Source: an uncultured Gemmatimonadales bacterium (GTDB lineage: Bacteria; Gemmatimonadota; Gemmatimonadetes; Longimicrobiales; RSA9). Taken from it: a stretch of DNA of 64,000 bases. Below the pieces are notes generated by a model. The model did not search any database. It worked only from the letters and a program-made list of their open reading frames with translations, and had not been told where the DNA came from. Of the stretch, positions 31,541 through 41,028 are shown piece after piece; the stretch's first letter is position 1, and each line of letters starts with the position of its first letter. The stretch covers positions 992,001 to 1,056,000 of the forward strand of contig CAWCUS010000006.1 of NCBI GenBank assembly GCA_963798845.1, read 5' to 3'. The position numbers and the translations under genes were made by a program.

Positions 31541-32278
31541 TCAGGCGCTCCAGCGGTTGGTGGCCTGAAGCGCGGCGAGGATCGCCGCTTCCTCCGGTGA
31601 TCGGGCGAGCGGGGCCGCGCCTGCGAGCGGAACGGTGTTGCGGTCGAGGAGTGCGTGGGCGGCCACGATCACGTAGTTGGCGCCGCGAGCCGCCGCGATC
31701 ACCGCGCCCTCGAGCTCCAACCGGAGATCCGGCCGCGCCTGCTCGAGCGCGTTGAACACGGCCCTTGCCGCGGCTTCCGCCCGCCCCGGCGCCGTGTCGG
31801 CGCCGGAGCTGGTGCCGATGATCTCGCGCCCGTGCGCGATGAGCGTCACATCACAGGTGCAGTACTCAGCGTCGCGGCGCGCCTCGAAGCGGACGAACTC
31901 CACCCGCGCGGGGGTGGACTCCGGGGCCGGCTGCCGGTCGCCCGGCGACTGTGCCGGCTCGCCCTCGTCGCCCACGAGCGCGCCGAGGGCGGGGCTCAGG
32001 TCCTCCTCGTCCGCCTCCCCCTCCGCGGTCAGGCTCGACCGGATCTGGGCGACGCTCACGACCCGGCGATCGATGTGCAAACCGAGCCCGGCGGTGAGCG
32101 CCGATTCCACGTTGCGCACCACCTGCTTGGGGTGGATGTCGGGAGTGCACAGGATGTGGATCTCGACGAGCCTGCCCGTATCGTCGGCGACCACGTGCGC
32201 GGAAACGATTCCGGCCAGGGAGGCGAGGAGCTCCTCGGCAGCGCGAGTCGTGGGTGCGGGCTTCTGGGCAGAGCTCAT
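31541..32278 (-). CDS. hypothetical two-domain protein
   Basis: 245-aa ORF from ATG 32278; EIHIL...[13 protein letters not shown]-domain, acidic linker, C-domain. Confidence 0.8.
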   Translation of the reverse strand: MSSAQKPAPTTRAAEELLASLAGIVSAHVVADDTGRLVEIHILCTPDIHPKQVVRNVESALTAGLGLHIDRRVVSVAQIRSSLTAEGEADEEDLSPALGALVGDEGEPAQSPGDRQPAPESTPARVEFVRFEARRDAEYCTCDVTLIAHGREIIGTSSGADTAPGRAEAAARAVFNALEQARPDLRLELEGAVIAAARGANYVIVAAHALLDRNTVPLAGAAPLARSPEEAAILAALQATNRWSA

Positions 32279-32410
32279 TCGCAGGGCATTGAGTGCATTC
32301 CGTCGCCGTGCATCGGTCTCGAATGTAGCCTTCAACCATTCGGGTTGGAGGGGGTTGGCAGGAATCTTACCTTTCGGCAGCATCACGGGAAAGAGCGAAC
32401 CGGAATCGAA

Positions 32411-33433
32411 ATGGGTGATGACATGGACAGGATAGAGAACGTGGTGATCATCGGCTCAGGGCCCTCCGCGTGGACAGCGGCGCTGTACGCCGCCAGGGCC
32501 GATCTGAAGCCGTGGGTCCTGGAGGGTGAGCCCGAGGGGATCATGCTCCCCGGCGGGCAGCTCATGATCACGACCGAGGTGGAGAACTTCCCCGGCTTCC
32601 CGGAGGGGATCACCGGGCCGGAGCTGATGGAGCGCATGAAGGAACAGGCCATGCGCTTCGGAGCGCGCTCCAGGATGGAGATGGTGGAGAAGGTCGACCT
32701 TTCGGAGCGCCCGTTCACGATCACCACCCGTGGCGGCGAGGAGGTGAGGTCCCACACGCTCATCATCTCCACCGGCGCCAACGCGCGCTGGTTGGGCGTG
32801 CCGAACGAGGAGAGGCTGGCGCAGAGCGGCGGCGGAGTGTCCGCGTGCGCCGTGTGCGACGCCGCGCTCCCGGTCTTCAGGGAGCAGGTGCTGGCCGTGG
32901 TGGGCGGTGGCGACTCGGCCATGGAAGAGGCGCTGTACGCCAGCAAGTTCGCGAGCAAGGTCTACATCATCCATCGTCGGGACGAGCTGCGCGCTTCCCG
33001 GATCATGGCCGAACGCGTGCTCGGGCACCCGAAGATCGAGGTCGTCTGGAACAAGGTGGTCTCGGAGGTCATCGGTTACGACCAGATCACAGGGGTGAAG
33101 CTCGAGGACACGGTGACCGGCGAGACGAGCGAGCTGGAAGTGGGTGGAATGTTCGTCGCCATCGGCCATAAGCCGAACACGGCCTTCCTCGCCGGGCAGC
33201 TGGAGCTGACCGCCCACGGCTACATCAGGACGAAGCCGTGGCGCACCGCCACGGAGATCGACGGCGTGTTCGCCGCCGGCGACGTGATGGACGACTACTA
33301 CCGGCAGGCCATAACCGCCGCCGGGACCGGGTGCATGGCCGCGCTCGAGGCCGAGCGGTGGCTGTCGCACCACGGCATCGGCGAGTCCCCCGTCCTGGAG
33401 ACGGCCGAGGCGCCGGTCCCCGCAACGGACTGA
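32411..33433 (+). CDS. trxB: thioredoxin reductase
   Basis: [28 protein letters not shown] (CxxC), [22 protein letters not shown]. Confidence 0.96.
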   Translation: MGDDMDRIENVVIIGSGPSAWTAALYAARADLKPWVLEGEPEGIMLPGGQLMITTEVENFPGFPEGITGPELMERMKEQAMRFGARSRMEMVEKVDLSERPFTITTRGGEEVRSHTLIISTGANARWLGVPNEERLAQSGGGVSACAVCDAALPVFREQVLAVVGGGDSAMEEALYASKFASKVYIIHRRDELRASRIMAERVLGHPKIEVVWNKVVSEVIGYDQITGVKLEDTVTGETSELEVGGMFVAIGHKPNTAFLAGQLELTAHGYIRTKPWRTATEIDGVFAAGDVMDDYYRQAITAAGTGCMAALEAERWLSHHGIGESPVLETAEAPVPATD

Positions 33434-33507
33434 GGCGCGGAGGTGGCGGGAGGGGACGGCCAACGGCGCGAGATGCCGTTGTTCGCTCCGTCTGCCGCTC
33501 GCCGTGA

Positions 33508-35619
33508 TCAGAAGATCTTGCGCACGCGGTTCCAGAGCCGGTCGAAGATGCGGTCGACTCCGGTCTCGGGGTGGACGGGGCAGTAGCTCCGGGGCTCGGT
33601 GCCGACGAGGAAATACTCGATGCGCACGTCCTCGGGCGGGCAGTCGTCGGTGGCGAGATAGCCCGTCTGCTCGTCCACCTGGGCACTCACGATGTTGGAC
33701 GGCGGCGTCCACGGGGCCGGAGCCGGGCGATTCTCGTACGCCTTTTCCATGAGGTGGGCCCAGACGGGGGCCGCGAGGCGCCCGCCGCTCGCGCCGGGCA
33801 TGATCGGCCGGGGCTGGTCGAATCCCAACCAGACGCCCGCCACGAGATCCGGCGTGAGGCCGACGAACCATACGTCCTTGCCGTCGTTGGTGGTGCCCGT
33901 CTTCCCTGCGGCCGGGAGCCAGAAGCCGTCGCGGCGGATGGAGGCCGCGGTGCCGGAGTTCACCACCTCCTCCATGAGGCTGAGGGTGAGGAAGGCGACG
34001 CCGGGGTCCAGCACCTGCCGTGCCGGCGGGGCGGCCTGCCAGAGCACGTTCCCCTCGCCGTCCTCGACGCTCTGGATCAGCGTCGGCCGCACCCGGAATC
34101 CGCCGTTGCCGAAGGCCGCGAACGCCGCCACCAGCTCGGCGGGAATGACTTCAGCCGAACCGAGGTTGATGGACGGGTACGGCGGGATCGGCGTGGACAG
34201 GCCAAGGCGCTTGCCCATTTCCGCGACGCGCTTCTCCCCGACCCAGTGGCCCAGCCGGACGGCGGCGTTGTTGGAGGAAACCGCCAGGGCGGTCCGGACC
34301 GAGAGGGTCCTGACCGTGTCGGCGAGGTGGTCGCCGGGGCGCCATGCGCGGGAGCCTGCCTCATCGATCTCGACCGGCGTGGTCTCCAGCCTCGCGGTGG
34401 GCGGCAGGCCGGATTCCAGTGCGGTGGCGTAAACGATGGGCTTGAATGCCGACCCTGGCTGCCGGCGCGCCTGAAGCGCCCTGTCGAACTGGGATGTCGC
34501 GAAGTCGCGACCGCCGACCAGTGCCCGCAGCAGCCCGGTTGCCGGGTCCATCACGACGACGAGCCCCTGGAGCACGGGTGAGTCGGGATCCCGTGCCGGC
34601 CCCTTGGGGTGGGAGTACTTGCCGTAGCGCCCTTCCTCGATGCGGCCGATCTGCGCCCGGAGCTCGTCGCGGGAGAGCTTCTGGAGATCGGGGTCGAGAC
34701 CCGTGTGCACGACCAGTCCGCGGACGTCGGCATCGGGACCGAACCGCTCCTTCAGCTCCTTTCGCACGGCGGCCACGAAGTACGGCGCCGCCCCGGCGGC
34801 CTCCGGCGGCGGGGCGAGACTGATCGCCTCGCGGCGGGCTCGGGCGGCGGTCGCCTCGTCGATGACACCGGCCCGGGCCATGACGTCGAGGACGATGTCG
34901 CGCCGTTCGAGGGCGCGGTCCGGGTTCTTCCGGGGGTTGTATCCTTCCGGGCTCTTGACCAGCGCGACGAGCATGGCGGCCTCGGCCGCGTCGAGGTCCC
35001 GCGCCTGCTTTCCGAAATACCCTTCGGAGGCGGCCTCGACGCCGTAGAGTCCGCCGCCCAGGTAGATCTGGTTGAGGTAGAGCTGCAGGATCGCACGCTT
35101 GGGCAGCTCTGCCTCGATGCGGCGGGCGAGGTAGACCTCGCACACCTTGCGGCCGAGCTTGGCGCTCATGGGCAGCCGCTCGGGGAAGATGCTCCGGGCC
35201 AGCTGCATGGTGATGGTGCTGGACCCCTCCTCGAACGACAGGCTTCGCAGGTCGTGCAAAGCCGCGCGCGCCACGCCGCGCAGGTCCACGCCGCCGTGCT
35301 CCCAGAAGCGGCGGTCCTCGACGGAGACGAAGCCTTCGCGCAGGAGGGGCGGGATCTCGGCCATGTCCACCACAACCCGGCGCTGCGGCGACAGGTCGGC
35401 CACCAGGGAGCCGTCCATGGCCAGGACGCGCGTGGCTTCGGGCGGGCGATAGTCGCGCAGGTCCGCCACCGAGGGGCACCCCTCGCCCCGCACGCCCGTG
35501 ACAGTGAGGGCGGACCACGTGAGGAGTCCGGCCGCGGCCAGTGCCAGCAGGAGGGTGAGGGCGACCAGGGCACGCCGGAACCGGCCCCAGCGCCTCCAGC
35601 GGGCGAACAGCTTCTTCAT
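33508..35619 (-). CDS. class A penicillin-binding protein (PBP1A family)
   Basis: EDRRF.EH.G, GSSTITMQL, YLNQIY, RQPGSAFKP (SxxK), SNN, GKTGT. Confidence 0.95.
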   Translation of the reverse strand: MKKLFARWRRWGRFRRALVALTLLLALAAAGLLTWSALTVTGVRGEGCPSVADLRDYRPPEATRVLAMDGSLVADLSPQRRVVVDMAEIPPLLREGFVSVEDRRFWEHGGVDLRGVARAALHDLRSLSFEEGSSTITMQLARSIFPERLPMSAKLGRKVCEVYLARRIEAELPKRAILQLYLNQIYLGGGLYGVEAASEGYFGKQARDLDAAEAAMLVALVKSPEGYNPRKNPDRALERRDIVLDVMARAGVIDEATAARARREAISLAPPPEAAGAAPYFVAAVRKELKERFGPDADVRGLVVHTGLDPDLQKLSRDELRAQIGRIEEGRYGKYSHPKGPARDPDSPVLQGLVVVMDPATGLLRALVGGRDFATSQFDRALQARRQPGSAFKPIVYATALESGLPPTARLETTPVEIDEAGSRAWRPGDHLADTVRTLSVRTALAVSSNNAAVRLGHWVGEKRVAEMGKRLGLSTPIPPYPSINLGSAEVIPAELVAAFAAFGNGGFRVRPTLIQSVEDGEGNVLWQAAPPARQVLDPGVAFLTLSLMEEVVNSGTAASIRRDGFWLPAAGKTGTTNDGKDVWFVGLTPDLVAGVWLGFDQPRPIMPGASGGRLAAPVWAHLMEKAYENRPAPAPWTPPSNIVSAQVDEQTGYLATDDCPPEDVRIEYFLVGTEPRSYCPVHPETGVDRIFDRLWNRVRKIF

Positions 35620-35640
35620 GCGTGCGACTCCTCGTGCGCG

Positions 35641-36369
35641 CTACTTCAGCAGCCGACCCCCGTCCACGGCGACGATGGAGCCGGTTGCGAAATCCGAACG
35701 GATCAGGAAAAGAAGCGCCTCGGCGACGTCGTCGGGGCTCCCCAGCCGTTTCAGGACCGTCCGCTCCACCGTGGCGGCGATCTGCTCCTCTGTATAGTCC
35801 TCGGGCGGCAGTACGGTTCCCGGAACTATGCAATTCACGCGCACGTGGGGCGCGAGAACGCGGGCGGAGACACGCGTGAGCTGGATCAGCCCGGCTTTCG
35901 ACACGCCGTGGTGCGCGAAACGCGGCCACGCCTGCAGCCCGGCCAGGTCGGCGACGTTGATGATCACGCCCGCCCCGGCCTGGAGGAAGGGTGCCGCGGA
36001 GCGCGTGAGGAGGAACGGCGCCCGCAGGTTGACCGCCATGACGCGGTCCCACGACTCGGCCGTGATCTCGAGGAAGGGGCCGGACTCGAAGAGGGACGCG
36101 CTGTTCACGAGCACGTCGAGGCCGCCGAAATGCTCCGCCACGCGCCCGGGCAGCGCTTCGGCCTCGGCCGGATCGCCGAGGTCGGCGCCGACGGCCCAGG
36201 CCCTGCGCCCCAGCGCTTCCACGGCGCGAGCGGTATCGCGGGCGGCGTCGCAGGAGGCGTGATAGTGGACGGCCACGTCGGCGCCGGCGCGGGCCAGCGC
36301 CAGGACGAGAGCCCGGCCCACCCGGCGGGCGCCGCCGGTGACCAGGGCGGTACGGTCGGCGAGGTCCAT
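35641..36369 (-). CDS. SDR oxidoreductase, pteridine-reductase-like
   Basis: TGGARRVG, VAVHYHAS, LVNSASLF, NLRAPFLL, VRVNCIVPG. Confidence 0.85.
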   Translation of the reverse strand: MDLADRTALVTGGARRVGRALVLALARAGADVAVHYHASCDAARDTARAVEALGRRAWAVGADLGDPAEAEALPGRVAEHFGGLDVLVNSASLFESGPFLEITAESWDRVMAVNLRAPFLLTRSAAPFLQAGAGVIINVADLAGLQAWPRFAHHGVSKAGLIQLTRVSARVLAPHVRVNCIVPGTVLPPEDYTEEQIAATVERTVLKRLGSPDDVAEALLFLIRSDFATGSIVAVDGGRLLK

Positions 36370-36445
36370 GCGTGGAAGGTTAGTGGCGTGTGGGGGGACG
36401 GGCCAGGGCGAAGCGCCGGTCCGGGAAGCGGCGTCCCCTGCACGA

Positions 36446-36478
36446 GCACGGCCCCGGCAGCTGCTGCCGGGGCCGTGC
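36446..36478 (-). terminator. perfect 15-bp hairpin downstream of susD
   Basis: GCACGGCCCCGGCAG-CTG-CTGCCGGGGCCGTGC; no clear U-tract. Confidence 0.6.
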
Positions 36479-36507
36479 CGTTCTGAAGCGGCGCGCCTGC
36501 GCTGTCG

Positions 36508-37722
36508 CTAGTTCAGGTTGGGGTTGGAGATCCGCTCGTTGAGGCTGATCGGGATACAGGCGTCGCGACCGTCGAGGAAGCCGTTGTGCGAGGCGCCGGT
36601 CGCGCTGTACCAGCGTCGCAGATCGCCCAGGCGGCGCGCCTCCAGCCACAGCACGGCGCCCCGCTCCTTCTCGAGTGCGGTCCATGCATCAGCGGCCGTC
36701 GCCGCTGAGATGGGGTCGAGGGCGTAGGCGTCCCGTTCTTCGTTCATGAGGGCGACAGCACCAGGCAGGTCGTTGTTGCGCAGCGCAGCCTCGGCGCGGA
36801 TGAGCAGCATTTCGGTGCCCTTGGCCAGCGGGATGTTGGCGTCGAGGGTCGGGTACTTCATCTGGCGGAAATAGATGGTGTGACCGTCCTGCCCCACCTG
36901 GAGTTTTCCGCTCGACGTCAGGACCGTGTCCCACGGAACGCGCGGGTCGTTGCCCGGGTTTGCCGCCCACTGCGTGCCCCAGACGCTGAATTCGCGGCGC
37001 GTCTGTGTCTCGTAGGCGAGCTCGTTGTTCTCGCGGCTGGTGTTCATCGACATGATGGCGTCGTACTGGAGAGTGATCGGCACCTGCTCAGCATCGGCCG
37101 CGGCGCCCTCCCAGTCGCCGAGGTCCGCGCGCACGGACGCCCGGCCGGCGAGCGCGGCGCTGGCGAGGTCGCCGTGGCCCTGGGCGTTCGCGAGCGCGAG
37201 CGCCTGGGTGAACGCCGAGTCCGCACGCTCGAAGTGTACGGTGTAGTCCTGACTGGGCCCGCCATCGATCACGGCGTAGCAGACGTTTTCGCCGAGCAGC
37301 CGGTTGGCGAAGCCCATGTACAGGTAGGCTCGTACGGCGAGCGTGCTCGAGGCAAAGTCCGAGCCGAGTACGTCGCGCAGCCGCTGGATCCCGGTTTCGG
37401 CGACCCAGCGTGCGCCGTGCATCTCCGCCCACTCGCCTACGACCGCGTCGGACGGGATCTCACCGGCGGCGTAGAAGTTCTCGTCCGAGTAGTTGCCCGA
37501 ATGCATCATCTCGTCACTCATGACGGAGACGGACATGGACAGGTCGCTGACGGCCTGGGAGAGGTCCGCCGACATGCCGGTAACCAGTCCGGGCATGGCG
37601 GCGGCCGTGTTCAACGCCTCGTCGGGAAGCGGGCCGGGGTTCGTTACGTTCAGGTCGCACGCCGCCACCAGGAGGGCGGTCGCGACGAACAGGGCTCCGG
37701 CGAGCCGAATGTGATTCGTCAT
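36508..37722 (-). CDS. RagB/SusD family outer-membrane lipoprotein
   Basis: LVAAC lipobox, EMLLIRAEA, ER...LWLEARRLGDLRR, PI...E...NPNL C-terminus. Confidence 0.9.
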   Translation of the reverse strand: MTNHIRLAGALFVATALLVAACDLNVTNPGPLPDEALNTAAAMPGLVTGMSADLSQAVSDLSMSVSVMSDEMMHSGNYSDENFYAAGEIPSDAVVGEWAEMHGARWVAETGIQRLRDVLGSDFASSTLAVRAYLYMGFANRLLGENVCYAVIDGGPSQDYTVHFERADSAFTQALALANAQGHGDLASAALAGRASVRADLGDWEGAAADAEQVPITLQYDAIMSMNTSRENNELAYETQTRREFSVWGTQWAANPGNDPRVPWDTVLTSSGKLQVGQDGHTIYFRQMKYPTLDANIPLAKGTEMLLIRAEAALRNNDLPGAVALMNEERDAYALDPISAATAADAWTALEKERGAVLWLEARRLGDLRRWYSATGASHNGFLDGRDACIPISLNERISNPNLN

Positions 37723-37735
37723 GTTTGCTCCTCCG

Positions 37736-40696
37736 TCAGAAGTCGACGCGCAGAGTGGCCAGGAACGTCCGCGCCGGCGGCAGGACGTAATAGTCGCGCC
37801 TCGAGAAGCTGCCGTCGCGCTGGTCGGCCACCTCGGGGTCGGCCCCGCTGAACCTGGACCACTTGAACAGGTTCCGCCCGGCCACCGTGAGGCTTGCGTT
37901 GTGGCCGCCCGGGAAGAACCGGTCGGGAATGGCGTAGGTCAGCGCCACACTGCGCAGCTTGAAGAAGTCCGTGGGCTCGACCCACAGGGCATAGTCCCGG
38001 ACACTGCTGGTGAGCGTGCAGCGCGCTCGTTCCAGCGCGGTGACATCGTCGAGAGCGTGATCATCTCCGGCGGCCGCGGCCTTGAGCTTGGCCTGCACGC
38101 CGTAACATGGCTGCCACGTCTGTTTGTACGCGTTCTGATAGGCCGTGGCATTCAGCAGGTGTCCACCGAGCTGCCACTCTCCGACCGCCTGGAAGGTGAG
38201 GCTCTTCATCAGCGTGATGTCCACCGACGGCGAGATGATCTTCGTCGGATAGGCGGAGCCGAGATAGGTGCTGGCCACGGAGCCGGTGGAGTCGGTCACG
38301 AACACGGGATCCTCGTAGGCATCCGGGTTCGCCACCTTCTTGCCGAAGTACGAGGGAACGGGATAGCCGTCCTCCACGTACGTGCGCGAGAGGTCGTTGA
38401 TGATGAGCCGCTCGCCACCGACGTCACCCGCCTCGCTTTGGACGGTGGAGAAGTTCAGGTGTGCGTTCAGCTCCACCTCGTCGGCGCGCACGAGCCCGAG
38501 GTCCAGGCGGCTCTCGAAGCCGCTGTTGTAGATCTCCCCGACGTTCTCGAGCTGCGTGGCGCTGAACCCTTCCGACGGCGGGAATACGACCGGGATGAGC
38601 GCATCGAAGGTGTGCTGGTGATAATACGTGACTTCCAGGCCAATGCGCCCTCTGAGCGCGCTGGCGTCGAAGCCGACCTCCGTCTCACGCGTGCGCTCCG
38701 GGCCCAGCTCCGGGTTGCCGATCTGCGCCGGCGTGAAGCCCGGCTGACCGTTGTCGCCGGCGACCGGATCCCAGGTGCGCACGGCGTCGAAGGCGCCCGG
38801 GGCCTTACCCGATTCGCCGATCGCGCCGCGCAGCTTGAAGGTCTCGATGGCCTCCGGCCAGAAGTCGTAGTCGGACAGGACGTAGGAGGCGCTCAGCTTC
38901 GGGTAGGGCTGCAGACCGAAGCTCTCACCGAACGAGCTGTTGCCATCCACGCGCAGCCCCGCCGTCACGAAGAGCCGGTCCTGGAAGGCCACCTGCTCCT
39001 GCAGGAAGAAACCGGCATTGACCTCCCGCAGATAGCTGGAGGTGGTGACGTCTCGCTGCGCCGCCGACGTCAGCGTCGGCTCGCCGGGGCCGGAGAAGTC
39101 GGCGGCGTCCACGCTGGTCCGGGTGCTGCGGCTGTCGAACAGCTGGGCGCCCCAGGACGAGGTAGTGGCCAGGCCGAACAGGTCGATGTTGAAGGAGCCC
39201 GCGTAGTCGGCGGACAGCAGGACCCGTTTCCACCCATCCCACCACAGCTCACCGAGCGGGACGCGCGGGAAGCCGAACGGGTCGAGGGTGTTGTTGTCCA
39301 GGTTGTTGTAGTCGTAGCCCAGACTGAACCGGTTCGTGAGCGCCTGTGAGGGGTTGTAGTTGAGCGATATCCCGCTGATGTAGTGATCCGACTTCGTGGT
39401 GTTGTCCGTCGTGAAGATGGCGCCGTTGTCGAGGCATACCACGTCTGGATCGCTGCAGTCCGTCCCCTTGAAGTTGTTGAACGGGCCGCGAGACATGTTC
39501 AGCAGGACACCGTTGGCGTTGTTGCCATCCGGAACCCACTGAGTGTTGCGCCGCGTGTACGCGGAGCTGACCGCGACCTTGACCTTGGGCGAGGGCAGGA
39601 AGGAGAAGTTGGCGCGGAACCCACCGTCGGCGGTGCCGCCGTCGCCGAGCACGCCGCGCTCGTTCCTGTAGTTGCCGGCCAAATAGTAGGTCATGTCGCC
39701 CGCACCGCCGTGCACCGAGAGGCCGTAGCGCTGGATCGGGCCGCGCTTGAGCCAGCTCCCGCTGGCCGGGCAGCTCGGATCCTCGAAGCGCGTCCCGTCC
39801 CCGGCCACCATGTTCGGGCCGCGGCACTCGTTCAGGAACATCCCGGTCGGGTCGCTCGATGCACCCACGTGCCCCATGCTGTTGAAGCCCGCCCCGACCT
39901 CGGCGTTCCACTGCGGCGCCCCGGTCGAGCCGCCCTTCGTGAAGATCTGGATCACGCCGCCGGACGCCTCGGTGCCATAGAGCGTCGTAGCCGCCGGGCC
40001 CTTGATCACCTCGATGCGCGCGATGTCATTGGGCGAGAGGTCGTTCAGCGGCATCGCGGCCTGGCGCGAGGCGATGCTCGTGGGGGCGGAGCCGTTGTAG
40101 ATCCGGATCCCGTCCACGTAGATGATCGGACTGTTCCCCTGGCTCACGCTGTTGTTGCCGCGCAGGCGGATGTTGCCGCCCGCGCCGGGCTGCCCGGAGT
40201 TCTGAAGCACGCTCACGCCGGGCGAGCTCGCAGCCAGGATGTCCTGGGGATTCGCGACGGCCGTGGCCGCGAACTGCTTCGGATCGATGGTGGAGACGCT
40301 GTTGCCGATCTGCCGCTTGCGCTCCTGTCCCGTGGCCGTCACCACCAGCTCGTCCAGTGCGACCGCTGTCTGGGAGATCTCGAAGTCCAGCGTCACCGGT
40401 CCGTCGGCGACCACCACTTCCTTCGTCACCGGGCCGTAGCCGATAATGGTGACGCGGACCTGCGCGCGACCCGCCTTCACGCCGATGATCAGATACTGGC
40501 CCTGCGTGTTCGAAAGCGCGCCAAGGCCGGTGCCGCTCACCGACAGCTGGGCGCCGACAATCGGTTGGCCCGTACCCGCGTCCGTGACTCTGCCATGAAT
40601 CGTGCTCTCCGCCTGTTGGGCGGCGAGCGGGCCAGTTCCCGCCAGGAGCCCGAGGCCGAGCGCTATCGCCAGCCAACCCTTTCTTCCGCCTGCCAT
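37736..40696 (-). CDS. SusC/RagA family TonB-dependent receptor
   Basis: carboxypeptidase-regulatory-like N-domain, LDELVVTA, PIIYVDG, IEVIKGPAATTLYGTEASGGVIQIFTK, NPELGPE, terminal F. Confidence 0.95.
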   Translation of the reverse strand: MAGGRKGWLAIALGLGLLAGTGPLAAQQAESTIHGRVTDAGTGQPIVGAQLSVSGTGLGALSNTQGQYLIIGVKAGRAQVRVTIIGYGPVTKEVVVADGPVTLDFEISQTAVALDELVVTATGQERKRQIGNSVSTIDPKQFAATAVANPQDILAASSPGVSVLQNSGQPGAGGNIRLRGNNSVSQGNSPIIYVDGIRIYNGSAPTSIASRQAAMPLNDLSPNDIARIEVIKGPAATTLYGTEASGGVIQIFTKGGSTGAPQWNAEVGAGFNSMGHVGASSDPTGMFLNECRGPNMVAGDGTRFEDPSCPASGSWLKRGPIQRYGLSVHGGAGDMTYYLAGNYRNERGVLGDGGTADGGFRANFSFLPSPKVKVAVSSAYTRRNTQWVPDGNNANGVLLNMSRGPFNNFKGTDCSDPDVVCLDNGAIFTTDNTTKSDHYISGISLNYNPSQALTNRFSLGYDYNNLDNNTLDPFGFPRVPLGELWWDGWKRVLLSADYAGSFNIDLFGLATTSSWGAQLFDSRSTRTSVDAADFSGPGEPTLTSAAQRDVTTSSYLREVNAGFFLQEQVAFQDRLFVTAGLRVDGNSSFGESFGLQPYPKLSASYVLSDYDFWPEAIETFKLRGAIGESGKAPGAFDAVRTWDPVAGDNGQPGFTPAQIGNPELGPERTRETEVGFDASALRGRIGLEVTYYHQHTFDALIPVVFPPSEGFSATQLENVGEIYNSGFESRLDLGLVRADEVELNAHLNFSTVQSEAGDVGGERLIINDLSRTYVEDGYPVPSYFGKKVANPDAYEDPVFVTDSTGSVASTYLGSAYPTKIISPSVDITLMKSLTFQAVGEWQLGGHLLNATAYQNAYKQTWQPCYGVQAKLKAAAAGDDHALDDVTALERARCTLTSSVRDYALWVEPTDFFKLRSVALTYAIPDRFFPGGHNASLTVAGRNLFKWSRFSGADPEVADQRDGSFSRRDYYVLPPARTFLATLRVDF

Positions 40697-40907
40697 TGCG
40701 CCCTCCTGATCTTCAGTGTCGGAGGTGAGTGGTGATGTGCTGCGGGTTCAGCGCCCGCGGGGCGCCCACCAGGTCGAACCCCGGTCAGGTGCAAGCCGAC
40801 ATCGGGCGAACGCGGCCGCGCGCAGGCGCGACTGCCTTGGCCTGGTCCAGCACAGGACTCCGGGGCCGGTCTTTATGGGTAGAGAGGGGCATTCGTCGGA
40901 AGAAGAC

Positions 40908-40936
40908 AGTATACGGCGGAACCGTCGGCCTGGCAC
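40908..40936 (-). promoter_or_regulatory. putative sigma70 promoter for susCD
   Basis: minus strand GTGCCA-N17-TATACT. Confidence 0.5.
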
Positions 40937-41028
40937 TGTTCTCATCGTCCCTGTCCGCCGGCGAGGCGGCGGGGGCCGAAGGTGCGCAGGCTCGCCCGAT
41001 CGATCCGGGAGGCGGACGTGCTGCCGCG

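Noticed and set aside
40705..40722. CCGACACTGAAGAT(G)CAGG shared between the susC leader (minus strand) and the 6S bubble (49602-49620)
   Set aside because: Same-sense match of 14+4 nt with no pairing mechanism; plausibly chance
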